Shown in pieces: positions 28,439 through 39,047 of a stretch of 64,000 nucleotides of DNA. The DNA is from Nitrospirota bacterium (GTDB taxonomy: Bacteria; Nitrospirota; Thermodesulfovibrionia; Thermodesulfovibrionales; SM23-35), in assembly GCA_049323875.1 (NCBI GenBank), contig JBMOLW010000030.1, positions 224,393-288,392 of the forward strand, given 5' to 3'. The notes below the pieces were generated by a model. That model did not search any database, had not been told where the DNA came from, and was given only the letters and a program-made list of their open reading frames with translations. The stretch's first letter is position 1, and each line of letters begins with the position of its first letter. The position numbers were made by a program, and so were the translations under genes.

Positions 28439-29602
28439 TTAAATTAAAATCGTTCCCGGTATGGAGAACCCGTTGAACTCCGAAGCATACGATACGGTAT
28501 ATGCGCCGCTTGAGAGGATGAGCACAATGTTTCCGATGTCCGGTTCTGCAAGGGAAACATTCTTGTCAATCACATCAAAGCTGTCGCAGCTCGGTCCTGC
28601 AATCGTCCATTGTTTCTTGTTTGCTGCGTGGGTCAGGTTCTCGGCAAGGTAACTGTATTTGATCCCGCCCACACTTTCCATGAGCCCGTTGAATACGCCC
28701 ACATCCAGATAGAGCCAGTCCTCATCGCTTCGCTTTGCCTTCCCGATAACCGACGTTACCAGAATGCCCGCGTCACCGATTACCGCCCTTCCCGGCTCTA
28801 TATAAATGTCAGTGTCTTCCGGAAACTTTTCGTACACAAGGGCGCTGATATTCTTTTCGATCGCCTCGATGCTCACTACACTCTTCCGGTATTTTATCGG
28901 ATATCCACCGCCGATATTCAGCATCTTCATGGCTATCCCTTCTGTATCCGCCCTCTCCCACAAATTCCTTGCCTTATCAAGCGCGATATTCCAGTTATAG
29001 ATGTTTGTGCATTGGGATCCGACATGGAAAGTAATGCCCACAGGTCTCAGGCCCTTCGCCTGTGCATAACAGAGCAGAGCAAGCGCTTCGTCAAGTTCGA
29101 CACCGAATTTCTTGCTGAGCGGCCATTCACTTCCTTCATTGGGAACCGAGAGTCTGATGTAGACCCGCGATTCCGGGATATACTGCACCAGTTTTTCAAC
29201 TTCATCAGCAGAGTCGAACGCAAACAGCCGCACTCCATAGGATGCCGCCATCTTCAGAAATTTCAGCGACTTCACCGGGTTGCTTGATATTATCCTTTCA
29301 GGGTCAACATTCAGCTCTGCCAGAATTTCGAGTTCGCCTTCAGATGCGATTTCAAACCCGGTTCCGAGCGAGTTTAACAGCTTCAGAATCTGAATATCCG
29401 GGTTTGCCTTGACCGCATAAAATACGGTGGAATTCCTGATTCCACGTCCTATTATGGATATTTTTTCCTTCACCTTATCCGTATCAATAAGGAGGAGGGG
29501 CGTCTCCGGATGCCTCCTGTCAAGGTATTGCAATACCTTGAAAAGGGTGGACTCCGGGATTATCCCGGCATGAGCCTTTTCTATTTTGAACGACCGGACC
29601 AT
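28439..29602 (-). CDS. Ornithine (Orn/Lys/Arg-type) decarboxylase, alanine-racemase-fold PLP enzyme
   Basis: PLP-lysine motif FYAVKANPD, FHVGSQ, GGGYP, EPGRA and GPSCDSFD. This is the eukaryote-type ODC pattern. 387 aa. Confidence 0.85.
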   Translation of the reverse strand: MVRSFKIEKAHAGIIPESTLFKVLQYLDRRHPETPLLLIDTDKVKEKISIIGRGIRNSTVFYAVKANPDIQILKLLNSLGTGFEIASEGELEILAELNVDPERIISSNPVKSLKFLKMAASYGVRLFAFDSADEVEKLVQYIPESRVYIRLSVPNEGSEWPLSKKFGVELDEALALLCYAQAKGLRPVGITFHVGSQCTNIYNWNIALDKARNLWERADTEGIAMKMLNIGGGYPIKYRKSVVSIEAIEKNISALVYEKFPEDTDIYIEPGRAVIGDAGILVTSVIGKAKRSDEDWLYLDVGVFNGLMESVGGIKYSYLAENLTHAANKKQWTIAGPSCDSFDVIDKNVSLAEPDIGNIVLILSSGAYTVSYASEFNGFSIPGTILI

Positions 29603-29698
29603 AAGAAATTTTATTTAACGGTATTTGAAGAGAATTTTCAACACTATTTTAAAGGAAAACCTGTATCTGCCGGATTCATCCGGAATTTCTTCTCCGGG

Positions 29699-30373
29699 TT
29701 AGTGGGATTTCCGCGCACGGGACAGTTTCTTGGCAGTATTTCTGACCCCTTCAGAGACATTTCTGTTTTTTTCCAGTATTGAGAGATCCCTTGTCTTCAG
29801 TTCGCTAACGAGCGGAAGGGCGACGCCGGGGGGCGTCTTAGGATTCGTAACAAGGGCGAGCATAATGCCGTAGTTTTTCATCCAGTCTCTCTTCTTGGTT
29901 ATCTTCCTGAGCGTTTCATCTGATATTGAGCGGGACCGTGCTATAATCTCAACTTCCTGCTCGGTAATTTTCGGGTTATCGAGGACAGTCAGGGAAACCT
30001 CCTTGTTCGGATCTCTCAGAAGAATAGACCGTATTTCCTTCCCGCCGCGGAGCGCAAGATGAATCCGCTCTGCGACGGAAAGCCTCTGGATCTTCTGGAG
30101 GATGCTCTGGAAGCGCTGCTCCGGAGTTCTCTGGGGCTTTGCTGGCACAATTTTCGGTTTTTCAGTAACCCGAAGAATTTCCAAAATCAATTGTCTCACG
30201 GTATCCGGAGTCTCCGGGTGGTCGTTCATCAGATTCAGCACCTCAGGACGGTTCCTGTTCGCGTAGAAGATATCTCGGAATACTGATTCGTCCGGAGCAT
30301 CTTCGAGAAGCAGTTCTATTGCCATAAGAGAGGCTGTCGACAGGTCAAGACTTAAAAGAATCTTCTCTTCCAT
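29699..30373 (-). CDS. Hypothetical alpha-helical repeat protein
   Basis: 224-aa ORF on the same strand as tlyA, overlapping its end by 29 nt. Helical-repeat-like sequence (..LLRDPNKEVSLTVLDNPKITEQEV..., ...LALVTNPKTPPGVALPLV...). No catalytic motif recognised. Confidence 0.55.
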   Translation of the reverse strand: MEEKILLSLDLSTASLMAIELLLEDAPDESVFRDIFYANRNRPEVLNLMNDHPETPDTVRQLILEILRVTEKPKIVPAKPQRTPEQRFQSILQKIQRLSVAERIHLALRGGKEIRSILLRDPNKEVSLTVLDNPKITEQEVEIIARSRSISDETLRKITKKRDWMKNYGIMLALVTNPKTPPGVALPLVSELKTRDLSILEKNRNVSEGVRNTAKKLSRARKSH

Positions 30374-31172
30374 ATCTCTCTTTCCTCATCGAGATGAAGT
30401 ACTCAATATTTCCCTTTTGCCCGGGGACAGGAGACTCGAATATTCCGGCTGTTTCCAGTCCCAATAATTCAAGCGATTCTCTGATACGACTCACCACGGA
30501 AAGCCGTTTCTCCTGTTCTCTGATTATACCACCCTTTCCGACCTCGCCCTTCCCTACCTCGAACTGCGGTTTTATCAGGGCGATCACCTCACCCCGGTCC
30601 CTGAGAAAAACGAGTACCGGGGGAATAACCTTGCCGAGGGATATGAACGACACATCAATCGTTGCGACATCAACAGAATGGTTTTTCAGTTCGTCAAATT
30701 CGCTTCCCGGAAACCGCACCCGGCGTCCGGTCCCCGCTTCCGCTTCCCCAGAAAATTCCTGATCGAGATACCGGATATTGGTTCTTTCCATCACCACAAC
30801 CCTGGGATCATTCCTGAGGGACCAGGCGAGCTGTCCATAGCCCACATCGATACAGAATACCTTTTTCGCACCCCTCTTCAGAAGGCAGTCTGTAAATCCC
30901 CCGGTCGAGGAACCGACGTCCATGATGACTTTTCCTTCTATTTCCGTCCGAAAATATTCAAGCGCAGCTTCGAGTTTCAGCCCTCCCCTGCCCACAAAGG
31001 GGTTGCTGCCCCCGATCAGGGTGATTTCTGAGGTATTTCTGACAAGCATACCGGCTTTCGTAACGCGCTGGCCGTTTACGAGAACCTTACCTTCCATGAT
31101 GAGGGACTTCCCCATCTCCCTGCTTTTGACAAGACCTCTCGCGACGAGAAGAGTATCCAGTCTCTCTTTCAA
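30345..31172 (-). CDS. tlyA: TlyA-family rRNA 2'-O-methyltransferase (hemolysin A homolog)
   Basis: S4 domain (RLDTLLVARGLVKSREMGKSLIMEGKVLVNGQ), FVGRGGLKLEAAL, and SAM motif VIMDVGSSTGGFTDCLLKRGAKKVFCIDVGYGQL. The TTG at 31172 gives the canonical MKERLD.. N-terminus and a TTGA overlap with the dxs stop. The ATG at 31217 is the maximal ORF. Confidence 0.88.
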   Translation of the reverse strand: MKERLDTLLVARGLVKSREMGKSLIMEGKVLVNGQRVTKAGMLVRNTSEITLIGGSNPFVGRGGLKLEAALEYFRTEIEGKVIMDVGSSTGGFTDCLLKRGAKKVFCIDVGYGQLAWSLRNDPRVVVMERTNIRYLDQEFSGEAEAGTGRRVRFPGSEFDELKNHSVDVATIDVSFISLGKVIPPVLVFLRDRGEVIALIKPQFEVGKGEVGKGGIIREQEKRLSVVSRIRESLELLGLETAGIFESPVPGQKGNIEYFISMRKERYGREDSFKS

Positions 31173-33070
31173 AGGCTGTACAGAGGCTCTTTGTGCAGTG
31201 CCAGCAAAGCCTGACATATTCCGTCTTCGTCGAGGCCATACTTCTTTCTCAGATCTTTCTGATGCCCGTGTTCCACAAACACGTCCGGGATGCCAACCCG
31301 CCTGACCCTAACCTGATTCAGTTCTATTTCATTCAAAAACTCGATCACGGCGCTTCCGAACCCGCCCTGCAATACGTTCTCTTCTATCGTAAGTATTTTC
31401 GGGACGAGAGTGGCAACGCTCGATATCAGCCTCCGGTCAATGGGCTTGATAAACCGGGCGTTCAGAACCATAACATCGATATCTTCCTTTTCGAGTCTTG
31501 CTGCTGCCAAAAGCGCAGGGAGTACGCTGCTTCCGAGTGCAAGAATCGCAACATCTTTCCCTCCCCTCAGGATTTCTGCTTCTCCCATCCTGAACGGAAC
31601 CGGCACTGCGGTATGGATACCGGAACCCAGGCGCGGAGCAACAGGTATTCTGCCTCTCGGATACCGTATCGCGACCGGGCCCTTGTGGAGAATGGCAAGT
31701 TCAAGCATCATCTTCAGTTCAAGATCGTTTTTCGGCTCCATAACGATGATATTCGGGATGGGCCTCAAAAATGATATGTCGAATACACCCTGATGGGTCG
31801 GACCGTCCTCTCCCGCAATCCCCCCCCTGTCTATGGCAAAAACAACAGGGAGATTCTGCAGACAGACATCATGGATTATCTGGTCGTAGGCCCGCTGCAG
31901 GAATGTCGAATAAATTGCAACAACGGGCTTAATCCCCTGTGATGCAAGTCCGGCAGCAAAAGTAACCGCATGCTGCTCCGCAATCCCCACATCGTAGAAA
32001 CGATCAGGATACTTTTGCGCAAAGGAATCAAGTCCGGTGCCCTCTTTCATTGCCGCGGTTATTGCGACGATCTTCTCATCATTCCCGGCGAGTTCCGTAA
32101 GCGTCTGGCCAAACACATCGCAGAAATTGAGGTGAGTTCTGCAGATCGGTGAACCCGTTTCGAGCCTGAACGGTCCTATTCCGTGATAGAGGGAAGGATC
32201 TCTCTCTGAGAACTCGTATCCCTTGCCCTTTTTCGTAATCACGTGGAGAAGCACAGGTCCCGGTTCTTGTTTCACCCTGTTGAGGGTATTGATAAGGAGT
32301 TCGATATTGTGGCCGTCTGCCGGACCGACATACGAGAACCCCAGTTCTTCAAAGAGGACACCGGGGAGGAGGAGCTTCTTCAGCATCTCTTCGGTTTTCT
32401 GTGCTATCTTTGTGGCAGGGGCTCCGACCTTGGGAATACTTTCGAGGAAAGACCTCGAATCTCTCTTGAATTTCTGGTAAAAGTCGCCGGTGAGGATACG
32501 GTTGAAATATGCAGCCAAAGCTCCCACATTCCGGGAAATAGACATCTCGTTGTCATTCAGGATAACAAGGAGGTCTTTTTTCAGGTGTCCGGCATTGTTC
32601 AGTCCCTCGAATGCGAGTCCGCCGGTCATGGCTCCGTCACCGATGACTGCCACGACTTTAAATTCTTCCCTGTTCCTGTCTCTCGCCTCAATAATACCCA
32701 GCGCCGCTGAAATGGAGGTTGAACTGTGTCCTGTGCCGAATGCATCATGTTCACTTTCATCGCGTCTCGGGAACCCCGAAAGCCCCCGGTATTGCCGGAT
32801 GCCCGCGAACCTGTCATATCTCCCCGTGAGCAGCTTGTGAGGATAAGACTGGTGTCCGACATCCCATATAATTTTATCCACCGGCGAGTCGAATACTGAA
32901 TGGAGCGCAATGGTCAGTTCAATTACCCCGAGATTCGACGCGAGGTGTCCCCCGTTTTGTGAAACCCGGTCTATAATTGTTTCCCGCATTTCTTCGGCAA
33001 GATTCCTCAGTTCTTCGATCTGAAGTTTTTTGAGATCCGAGGGTGATTGAATTTTTTCGAGCAGCATCAT
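31169..33070 (-). CDS. dxs: 1-deoxy-D-xylulose-5-phosphate synthase
   Basis: LLEKIQSPSDLKKL, GGHLASNLGVIELTIALH, GTGHSSTSISAALG, and the TPP motif GDGAMTGGLAFEGLNNAG. 633 aa. Confidence 0.95.
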   Translation of the reverse strand: MMLLEKIQSPSDLKKLQIEELRNLAEEMRETIIDRVSQNGGHLASNLGVIELTIALHSVFDSPVDKIIWDVGHQSYPHKLLTGRYDRFAGIRQYRGLSGFPRRDESEHDAFGTGHSSTSISAALGIIEARDRNREEFKVVAVIGDGAMTGGLAFEGLNNAGHLKKDLLVILNDNEMSISRNVGALAAYFNRILTGDFYQKFKRDSRSFLESIPKVGAPATKIAQKTEEMLKKLLLPGVLFEELGFSYVGPADGHNIELLINTLNRVKQEPGPVLLHVITKKGKGYEFSERDPSLYHGIGPFRLETGSPICRTHLNFCDVFGQTLTELAGNDEKIVAITAAMKEGTGLDSFAQKYPDRFYDVGIAEQHAVTFAAGLASQGIKPVVAIYSTFLQRAYDQIIHDVCLQNLPVVFAIDRGGIAGEDGPTHQGVFDISFLRPIPNIIVMEPKNDLELKMMLELAILHKGPVAIRYPRGRIPVAPRLGSGIHTAVPVPFRMGEAEILRGGKDVAILALGSSVLPALLAAARLEKEDIDVMVLNARFIKPIDRRLISSVATLVPKILTIEENVLQGGFGSAVIEFLNEIELNQVRVRRVGIPDVFVEHGHQKDLRKKYGLDEDGICQALLALHKEPLYSL

Positions 33071-34068
33071 GCTTTCCTCCGGACGATATATCTGGCGATA
33101 TGCCGCAGGGGATCTGCCTCACGGGAAAACAGGTTGAGTGAATCCAGCGCGCTGCTTACAAGTTCCCTTGCTTTTTGTCTCGACCCTTTGGGTCCGTAGA
33201 GCGCAGGATAAGTCATTTTCTTCTTTTTTCTGTCGGAACCGGGCGTCTTGCCAAGTTCATCCGCAGTTCCCTCGATATCGAGCAGATCATCGACAATCTG
33301 AAAAGCAAGCCCTATCTGTTCACCATACCGGGTCAATGCGTCTGTCCTGCCCTTCGTACTGCCGGCAAGAAGGGCCCCGACCCTGACCGATACCTGTATC
33401 AGGGCAGCGGTCTTGCGGAGATGAATGAATTGTAACACATCAGGGTCAGGTTCTGCATTCTCTGCAAGAATATCCTGGGCCTGACCGCCGACCATACCGT
33501 GTAAGCCTGCGGCTTTTGCCACGTCCCGGACAACCTCATTGATTGCCGATTGCCGGAACCTGACCCCGGCTTTCTTTCCTCCCGTATTCCCGGGTCCTGT
33601 TTGCACGTACCGGTTATTCTGGCCGGAGATCATTGAGAAGGCTTCCGTAAGTAACGCGTCTCCGGCAAGTATGGCGATCGCTTCGCCGAATATCCTATGG
33701 TTGGTTGGTTTGCCCCTTCTCAAGTCATCATTATCCATGGAAGGGAGGTCATCGTGAATCAGCGAATAGGTATGGATGAGTTCAAGCGCCGACGCCTGCG
33801 GTATGATAGAGAGGGGGTCGCCTCCGCACACTTCATGTGATGCGAGCGCGAGTATCGGCCTGAGACGCTTGCCACCCGCAAAAAGGGAATAGACCATCGC
33901 TTCATGGAGAATAGGGGGATGGATCTGATTCCTGAAATAGGCCCTGAGGTATGTGTCTATGAGGGTACGTTTTTCTTGAAGGTACCTTTTCAGGGGAAAA
34001 ACGTCTCGCCAACCTGGTTTTATATTACTCCCACTCGATAGTGCTCGGCGGTTTCGAGCTGATATCAT
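33067..34068 (-). CDS. ispA: Polyprenyl (farnesyl/geranylgeranyl) diphosphate synthase
   Basis: First and second Asp-rich motifs [17 protein letters not shown] and FQIVDDLLD. 4-nt overlap with dxs. The only in-frame ATG (34068) overlaps the guaA 3' end by 44 nt. Confidence 0.88.
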   Translation of the reverse strand: MISARNRRALSSGSNIKPGWRDVFPLKRYLQEKRTLIDTYLRAYFRNQIHPPILHEAMVYSLFAGGKRLRPILALASHEVCGGDPLSIIPQASALELIHTYSLIHDDLPSMDNDDLRRGKPTNHRIFGEAIAILAGDALLTEAFSMISGQNNRYVQTGPGNTGGKKAGVRFRQSAINEVVRDVAKAAGLHGMVGGQAQDILAENAEPDPDVLQFIHLRKTAALIQVSVRVGALLAGSTKGRTDALTRYGEQIGLAFQIVDDLLDIEGTADELGKTPGSDRKKKKMTYPALYGPKGSRQKARELVSSALDSLNLFSREADPLRHIARYIVRRKA

Positions 34069-35563
34069 AGACTACCCTGTTCACCCCTTTGACTTCATTG
34101 ATAATACGGCTCGCCACAGCGCCGAGCACAGGATAGGGAATTCTAGCCCAGTCTGCTGTCATGCCGTCAAGACTGTTGACCGCTCTCACAGCAATCACAT
34201 TTTCATACGTCCTCTCATCCCCCATAACACCCACGCTCTTCACGGGGAGAAGGACTGCGAAAGCCTGCCAGAGCTTCGTGTAGAGACCGGCCTTTTTGAT
34301 TTCATCGAGTACGATCGCATCAGCCTGCCTCAGGATGTCGCAGCGTCCTTTCGTCACCTCACCGATAACCCTGATCGCCAGCCCCGGGCCCGGGAAAGGC
34401 TGACGGTTGATGATCTCCTCAGGGATGTCGAGGGTTTTCCCGAGCAGCCGTACCTCGTCCTTAAATAGCTCGCGCAAGGGCTCCACGAGTTTCAGTCTCA
34501 TCCTTTCGAGAAGCCCCCCGACATTGTGATGGCTCTTGATTGTAGCCGAAGGTCCTTTAAATGATACGCTCTCTATGACATCGGGATACAATGTTCCCTG
34601 GGCAAGAAACCTGACGCCCTTGATCTTCTTCGCCTCCCGCTCAAAAACCCTGATGAATTCATTGCCGATGATCTTCCTTTTTTTCTCCGGATCAATTATG
34701 CCCTTCAGTTTTTTCAGGAATCTGTCCGAGGCGTCAATACAGTCGATATTCATATGGAAATGCTTCCTGAGCGTCATTTCGACTTTGGCTGCCTCGCCTG
34801 TCCTCAATACCCCGTTGTCTACAAAAACGCAGGTCAACTGCTTTCCGACAGCCCTGTGGACGAGTACCGCGGCAACTGTCGAATCAACGCCGCCGCTGAT
34901 ACCGCAGACGACCTTTTTCTCCCCTACTCTTTCCCTGATCTCCTTTGTCGTGTTCTCAATAAACGATTTCATCGTCCAGAGCGGTCTGCAGCCGCAGATT
35001 TCGTAAAGAAAATTCCTGAGTATCTTCGTGCCGAGCGGGGTGTGCGCGACCTCCGGATGAAACTGCAACGCATAAAATGTCCCGGTCCTGTCTGCCATGA
35101 CAGCCACCGGAGAATTGTCCGTATGCGCCGTGGAGGAAAAGCCCTTCGGGTACTTTTCAATCCTGTCGCCGTGGCTCATCCAGACGATAGTCCTTTTCGG
35201 GATCCCGCGGAACAGCGGAGTCTTTCTGTCCACCAGGAGCTCGGCTCTTCCATACTCCCTCTTCCGGGCCCTTCCAACCTTACCCCCGAGCATATGCGCC
35301 ATAAGCTGCATGCCGTAGCAAATTCCGAGCACAGGGACACCCAGACCAAAAATACCGGGATCTGGCAGGGGAGCATGCCTGTCAAAGACGCTTGATGGTC
35401 CGCCGGATAGGATTATCCCCTTAGGGTTAAACTCCATGATTCTTGCTATCGGGACATTGTAGGGAAATATCTCCGAGTAGACTTTGCTTTCCCGAACGCG
35501 GCGGGCAATCAGCTGCGTATATTGTGAACCGAAATCAAGGACTAAAACCTTCTCCGTATGCAT
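34025..35563 (-). CDS. guaA: GMP synthase (glutamine-hydrolysing)
   Basis: GATase domain ([14 protein letters not shown]), ATP-PPase P-loop [12 protein letters not shown], and the canonical C-terminus PPSTIEWE. Confidence 0.96.
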   Translation of the reverse strand: MHTEKVLVLDFGSQYTQLIARRVRESKVYSEIFPYNVPIARIMEFNPKGIILSGGPSSVFDRHAPLPDPGIFGLGVPVLGICYGMQLMAHMLGGKVGRARKREYGRAELLVDRKTPLFRGIPKRTIVWMSHGDRIEKYPKGFSSTAHTDNSPVAVMADRTGTFYALQFHPEVAHTPLGTKILRNFLYEICGCRPLWTMKSFIENTTKEIRERVGEKKVVCGISGGVDSTVAAVLVHRAVGKQLTCVFVDNGVLRTGEAAKVEMTLRKHFHMNIDCIDASDRFLKKLKGIIDPEKKRKIIGNEFIRVFEREAKKIKGVRFLAQGTLYPDVIESVSFKGPSATIKSHHNVGGLLERMRLKLVEPLRELFKDEVRLLGKTLDIPEEIINRQPFPGPGLAIRVIGEVTKGRCDILRQADAIVLDEIKKAGLYTKLWQAFAVLLPVKSVGVMGDERTYENVIAVRAVNSLDGMTADWARIPYPVLGAVASRIINEVKGVNRVVYDISSKPPSTIEWE

Positions 35564-35651
35564 GCCTTCTCTTCGTACAGGGGATGATTTTTCAGGGTGT
35601 TTCGTCTGCTGCCTGCTTTCAGCTGCTTACTGATGAGAGTCTTCTCTGTGC

Positions 35652-37112
35652 TTACCACTCAGGCCTGTAGTTCGGCGCTTCCTTGGTAATGATGACGTCA
35701 TGCACATGGCTCTCTCTGAGACCGGCGCTCGTGATCCTGACGAACCGCGCCTTCTTTCTCAGCTCCTCAAGGTTGCCGCATCCGCAGTAGCCCATGCCGG
35801 AACGCAGTCCGCCGATAAGCTGATGGATACTCTGGGAAAGAGGTCCTTTGTACGGCACTCTTCCCTCGACCCCCTCAGGAACAAGTTTTATCGCCTTGAC
35901 GCCCGACTGGAAATATCTGTCTTTTGACCCCTGCTCCATCGCTCCGATAGACCCCATCCCGCGGTATACTTTGTAACTGCGCCCCTGGAAAAGCACAATT
36001 TCACCGGGTGATTCGTCAGTGCCTGCGAACAGGCTGCCGATCATTATGGAATGCGCGCCGACTGCGAGCGCTTTTGTGATATCGCCTGAATATTTGACTC
36101 CTCCATCGGCAATGACCGGGACTTTGTATCTCTTTGCAACATCATAACAGTTCCTGATCGCAGTGATCTGGGGGACTCCCGCTCCGGCCACTATCCGCGT
36201 TGTACAGATAGAACCCGGACCGATCCCCACCTTGATTCCATCGGCTCCGGCCTTGATGAGGTCTCTCGCAGCATCTGCAGTTGCGATATTTCCGGCAATG
36301 ACATCAAGGTCAAATTTCTTCTTCAACATCTTCAGGGTATTGAGCACCGGCGTCGTATGACCGTGGGCAGTATCAATCACAATCACATCAGCTCCGGCCC
36401 TGATAAGCATTTCAGCACGGTAGAGGGTATCGTCGCTGGTCCCGATCGCAGCGCCTACCCGGAGTCTTCCCATAGAGTCTTTGCAGGCGTTCGGATATTT
36501 TTTTCTCTTCTCAATATCTTTGATGGTGATCAATCCCTTCAGGACATTGTTTTTATCGACGATCGGGAGTTTCTCGATCTTGTATTTATGGAGTATCTTT
36601 TGAGCCTTTTCGAGGGTTGTGCCGACCGTGGACGTAATCAGGTTTTTGCCCGTCATCACCTTTGCGACCTTTTTGTTGAACTGCGTCTCGAAGCGCAGGT
36701 CCCTGTTGGTGATGATCCCGATGAGCTTTCCTTTTTCGGTGACAGGTACTCCGGATATGCGGTATTTCTTCATCAGCGCCAGGGCTTCTGCAATAGGCGC
36801 GTCGGGCATAATGGTAATCGGGTCAATAATCATCCCGCTTTCAGACTTTTTCACCTTGTCGATTTCTGATTTCTGGCGTTCAGGACTCATAGCCCTGTGG
36901 ACAATGCCTATGCCTCCTTCGCGTGCCATTGCGATTGCCAGTTCTGCCTCGGTAACCGTATCCATGGCTGCACTGATAATAGGGATATTGATCCTGATGT
37001 TCCGGGTAAGCATCGTGTTTATGTCCGCGTTTTTCGGGAGGACTTCCGATTTTGCAGGAAGGAGGAGCACATCATCAAAGGTCAATCCTGTCTGGACGTG
37101 GTCGTCGATCAT
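35652..37112 (-). CDS. guaB: IMP dehydrogenase
   Basis: [10 protein letters not shown], tandem CBS pair, catalytic loop [11 protein letters not shown], and [11 protein letters not shown]. Confidence 0.96.
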   Translation of the reverse strand: MIDDHVQTGLTFDDVLLLPAKSEVLPKNADINTMLTRNIRINIPIISAAMDTVTEAELAIAMAREGGIGIVHRAMSPERQKSEIDKVKKSESGMIIDPITIMPDAPIAEALALMKKYRISGVPVTEKGKLIGIITNRDLRFETQFNKKVAKVMTGKNLITSTVGTTLEKAQKILHKYKIEKLPIVDKNNVLKGLITIKDIEKRKKYPNACKDSMGRLRVGAAIGTSDDTLYRAEMLIRAGADVIVIDTAHGHTTPVLNTLKMLKKKFDLDVIAGNIATADAARDLIKAGADGIKVGIGPGSICTTRIVAGAGVPQITAIRNCYDVAKRYKVPVIADGGVKYSGDITKALAVGAHSIMIGSLFAGTDESPGEIVLFQGRSYKVYRGMGSIGAMEQGSKDRYFQSGVKAIKLVPEGVEGRVPYKGPLSQSIHQLIGGLRSGMGYCGCGNLEELRKKARFVRITSAGLRESHVHDVIITKEAPNYRPEW

Positions 37113-37242
37113 TTTTTTATATGTCCGTGTGTGATAAGTTTACCACGAGGCTGTTCTGTAAAGCAACGGGGAGGTCATCCGGGAGAGAAACAATCTTGCA
37201 GGATATGATAGAATAAAAATTCACGATTCACCCCTGGGAAGA

Positions 37243-39030
37243 ATGGCAAAGAAAATACGGAACTTTTCGATCGTAGCGCACATAGATCACGGGAAATCCA
37301 CCCTTGCGGACAGGCTCCTCGAATATACCGGTGCGCTGAGTGAACGGGAAATGATGGAACAGGTGCTCGATACCATGGATCTGGAGCGCGAGCGCGGCAT
37401 AACGATCAAAGCCCATGCGGTAAGGCTGAACTATCGTGCAGACGACAACAGCGAATATATCCTGAACCTCATCGATACTCCCGGGCACGTGGATTTCTCC
37501 TATGAAGTCTCCCGAAGCCTCGCTTCCTGTGAAGGAGCTCTCCTTGTCGTTGACGCCTCGCAGGGGGTAGAAGCCCAGTCAGTCGCCAATGCATATCTGG
37601 CCCTTGAGCATAATCTCGAAATCATCCCCGTCATCAATAAAATAGACCTGCCCGCAGCCGACCCGGAGAAGACAAAGGAGCATATAGAAGACGCAATCGG
37701 CCTCGACTGCTCAAGGGCTGTCCTCGCAAGTGCAAAAGAGGGAAGAGGCACCCACGAGATCCTCGAAGCGATTGTGAGCAGGATACCGCCGCCGGATGGG
37801 GATGACGAGAAACCGCTGAAAGCGCTTATCTTCGATTCGTGGTTCGACAATTACCAGGGGGTTATCGTACTCGTCAGAATCTTCGACGGCAGGGTCGGGC
37901 AGGGAAGCAGAATACGGCTCATGGCAGCAGACAGCACCTTTGAGGTATCACAGGTAGGTATTTTTACGCCGAAAATGACCCCGCTGCATGAACTCGTTTC
38001 CGGGGAGGTCGGGTATATCATAGCAGGCATAAAACGCATTGCTGATACGAAGATCGGCGATACGGTCACTGACGCAGAGAATCCCGCTCCGGAACCATGC
38101 CCCGGGTACAAAGACATCAAACCCATGGTCTTCTGCGGTCTTTATCCGACCGCATCGCACCAATATGAGAATCTGAGGGACGCGCTCAACAAGCTGAGGC
38201 TGAACGATTCTTCATTCACGTTCGAACCCGAGACCTCGCTCGCACTCGGTTTTGGGTTCAGGTGCGGGTTTCTCGGCCTCCTCCATATGGAGATCATCCG
38301 CGAACGGCTCGAACGTGAATTCAACCTCTCCCTTCTCAGTACCGCTCCAACAGTCATCTACCGGGTCACCGGTCAGGACATGAAGGTTATCTCGGTAGAC
38401 AACCCCGCCCTGTTGCCGGAACACTTTCACCTGATCGAGGAGCCTTTTGTTCTCGCCACGATATTCCTTCCCCAGGAATTCATCGGCCCTGTCCTCGACC
38501 TCTGTCAGGAAAAAAGGGGGGTACAGAAATCTTTTTCCTATATCGGAAAAGACAAGATAAAGATTGAATATGAACTCCCCCTCAATGAAATTCTCTGGGA
38601 CTTTTTTGACAAGCTGAAATCTCTTTCGAGAGGCTATGCATCGTTAGACTACGAATTCATAGGGTTCCGTGAATCCGATCTGATAAAGCTTTCCCTCCTT
38701 CTGAACGGGGAAGTAGTCGATGCGCTTTCGCTCATTGTGCACAGAGATAAGGCATATTACAAGGGGCGGGAGCTCACTGAAAGACTGAGGGGGATTATCC
38801 CGAGGCAGATGTTCGAAGTCGTTATTCAGGCTGCAATCGGCAACAAGATCATTGCACGGGAAAATGTGAAAGCGCTCAGAAAAGACGTTCTCGCCAAGTG
38901 TTATGGCGGGGACATCACCCGGAAAAGAAAACTCCTAGAGAAACAGAAGGAGGGCAAGAAGCGCATGAAACAGTTCGGCAGAGTTGAATTGCCACAGGAG
39001 GCATTCCTGGCTGTGCTGAAGGTAAAATAG
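37243..39030 (+). CDS. lepA: Elongation factor 4 (LepA)
   Basis: [30 protein letters not shown] and NKID GTPase motifs. LepA-specific C-terminal domain ending ...[22 protein letters not shown]. Confidence 0.96.
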   Translation: MAKKIRNFSIVAHIDHGKSTLADRLLEYTGALSEREMMEQVLDTMDLERERGITIKAHAVRLNYRADDNSEYILNLIDTPGHVDFSYEVSRSLASCEGALLVVDASQGVEAQSVANAYLALEHNLEIIPVINKIDLPAADPEKTKEHIEDAIGLDCSRAVLASAKEGRGTHEILEAIVSRIPPPDGDDEKPLKALIFDSWFDNYQGVIVLVRIFDGRVGQGSRIRLMAADSTFEVSQVGIFTPKMTPLHELVSGEVGYIIAGIKRIADTKIGDTVTDAENPAPEPCPGYKDIKPMVFCGLYPTASHQYENLRDALNKLRLNDSSFTFEPETSLALGFGFRCGFLGLLHMEIIRERLEREFNLSLLSTAPTVIYRVTGQDMKVISVDNPALLPEHFHLIEEPFVLATIFLPQEFIGPVLDLCQEKRGVQKSFSYIGKDKIKIEYELPLNEILWDFFDKLKSLSRGYASLDYEFIGFRESDLIKLSLLLNGEVVDALSLIVHRDKAYYKGRELTERLRGIIPRQMFEVVIQAAIGNKIIARENVKALRKDVLAKCYGGDITRKRKLLEKQKEGKKRMKQFGRVELPQEAFLAVLKVK

Positions 39031-39047
39031 AAGCGTTCAGGGCAGGG

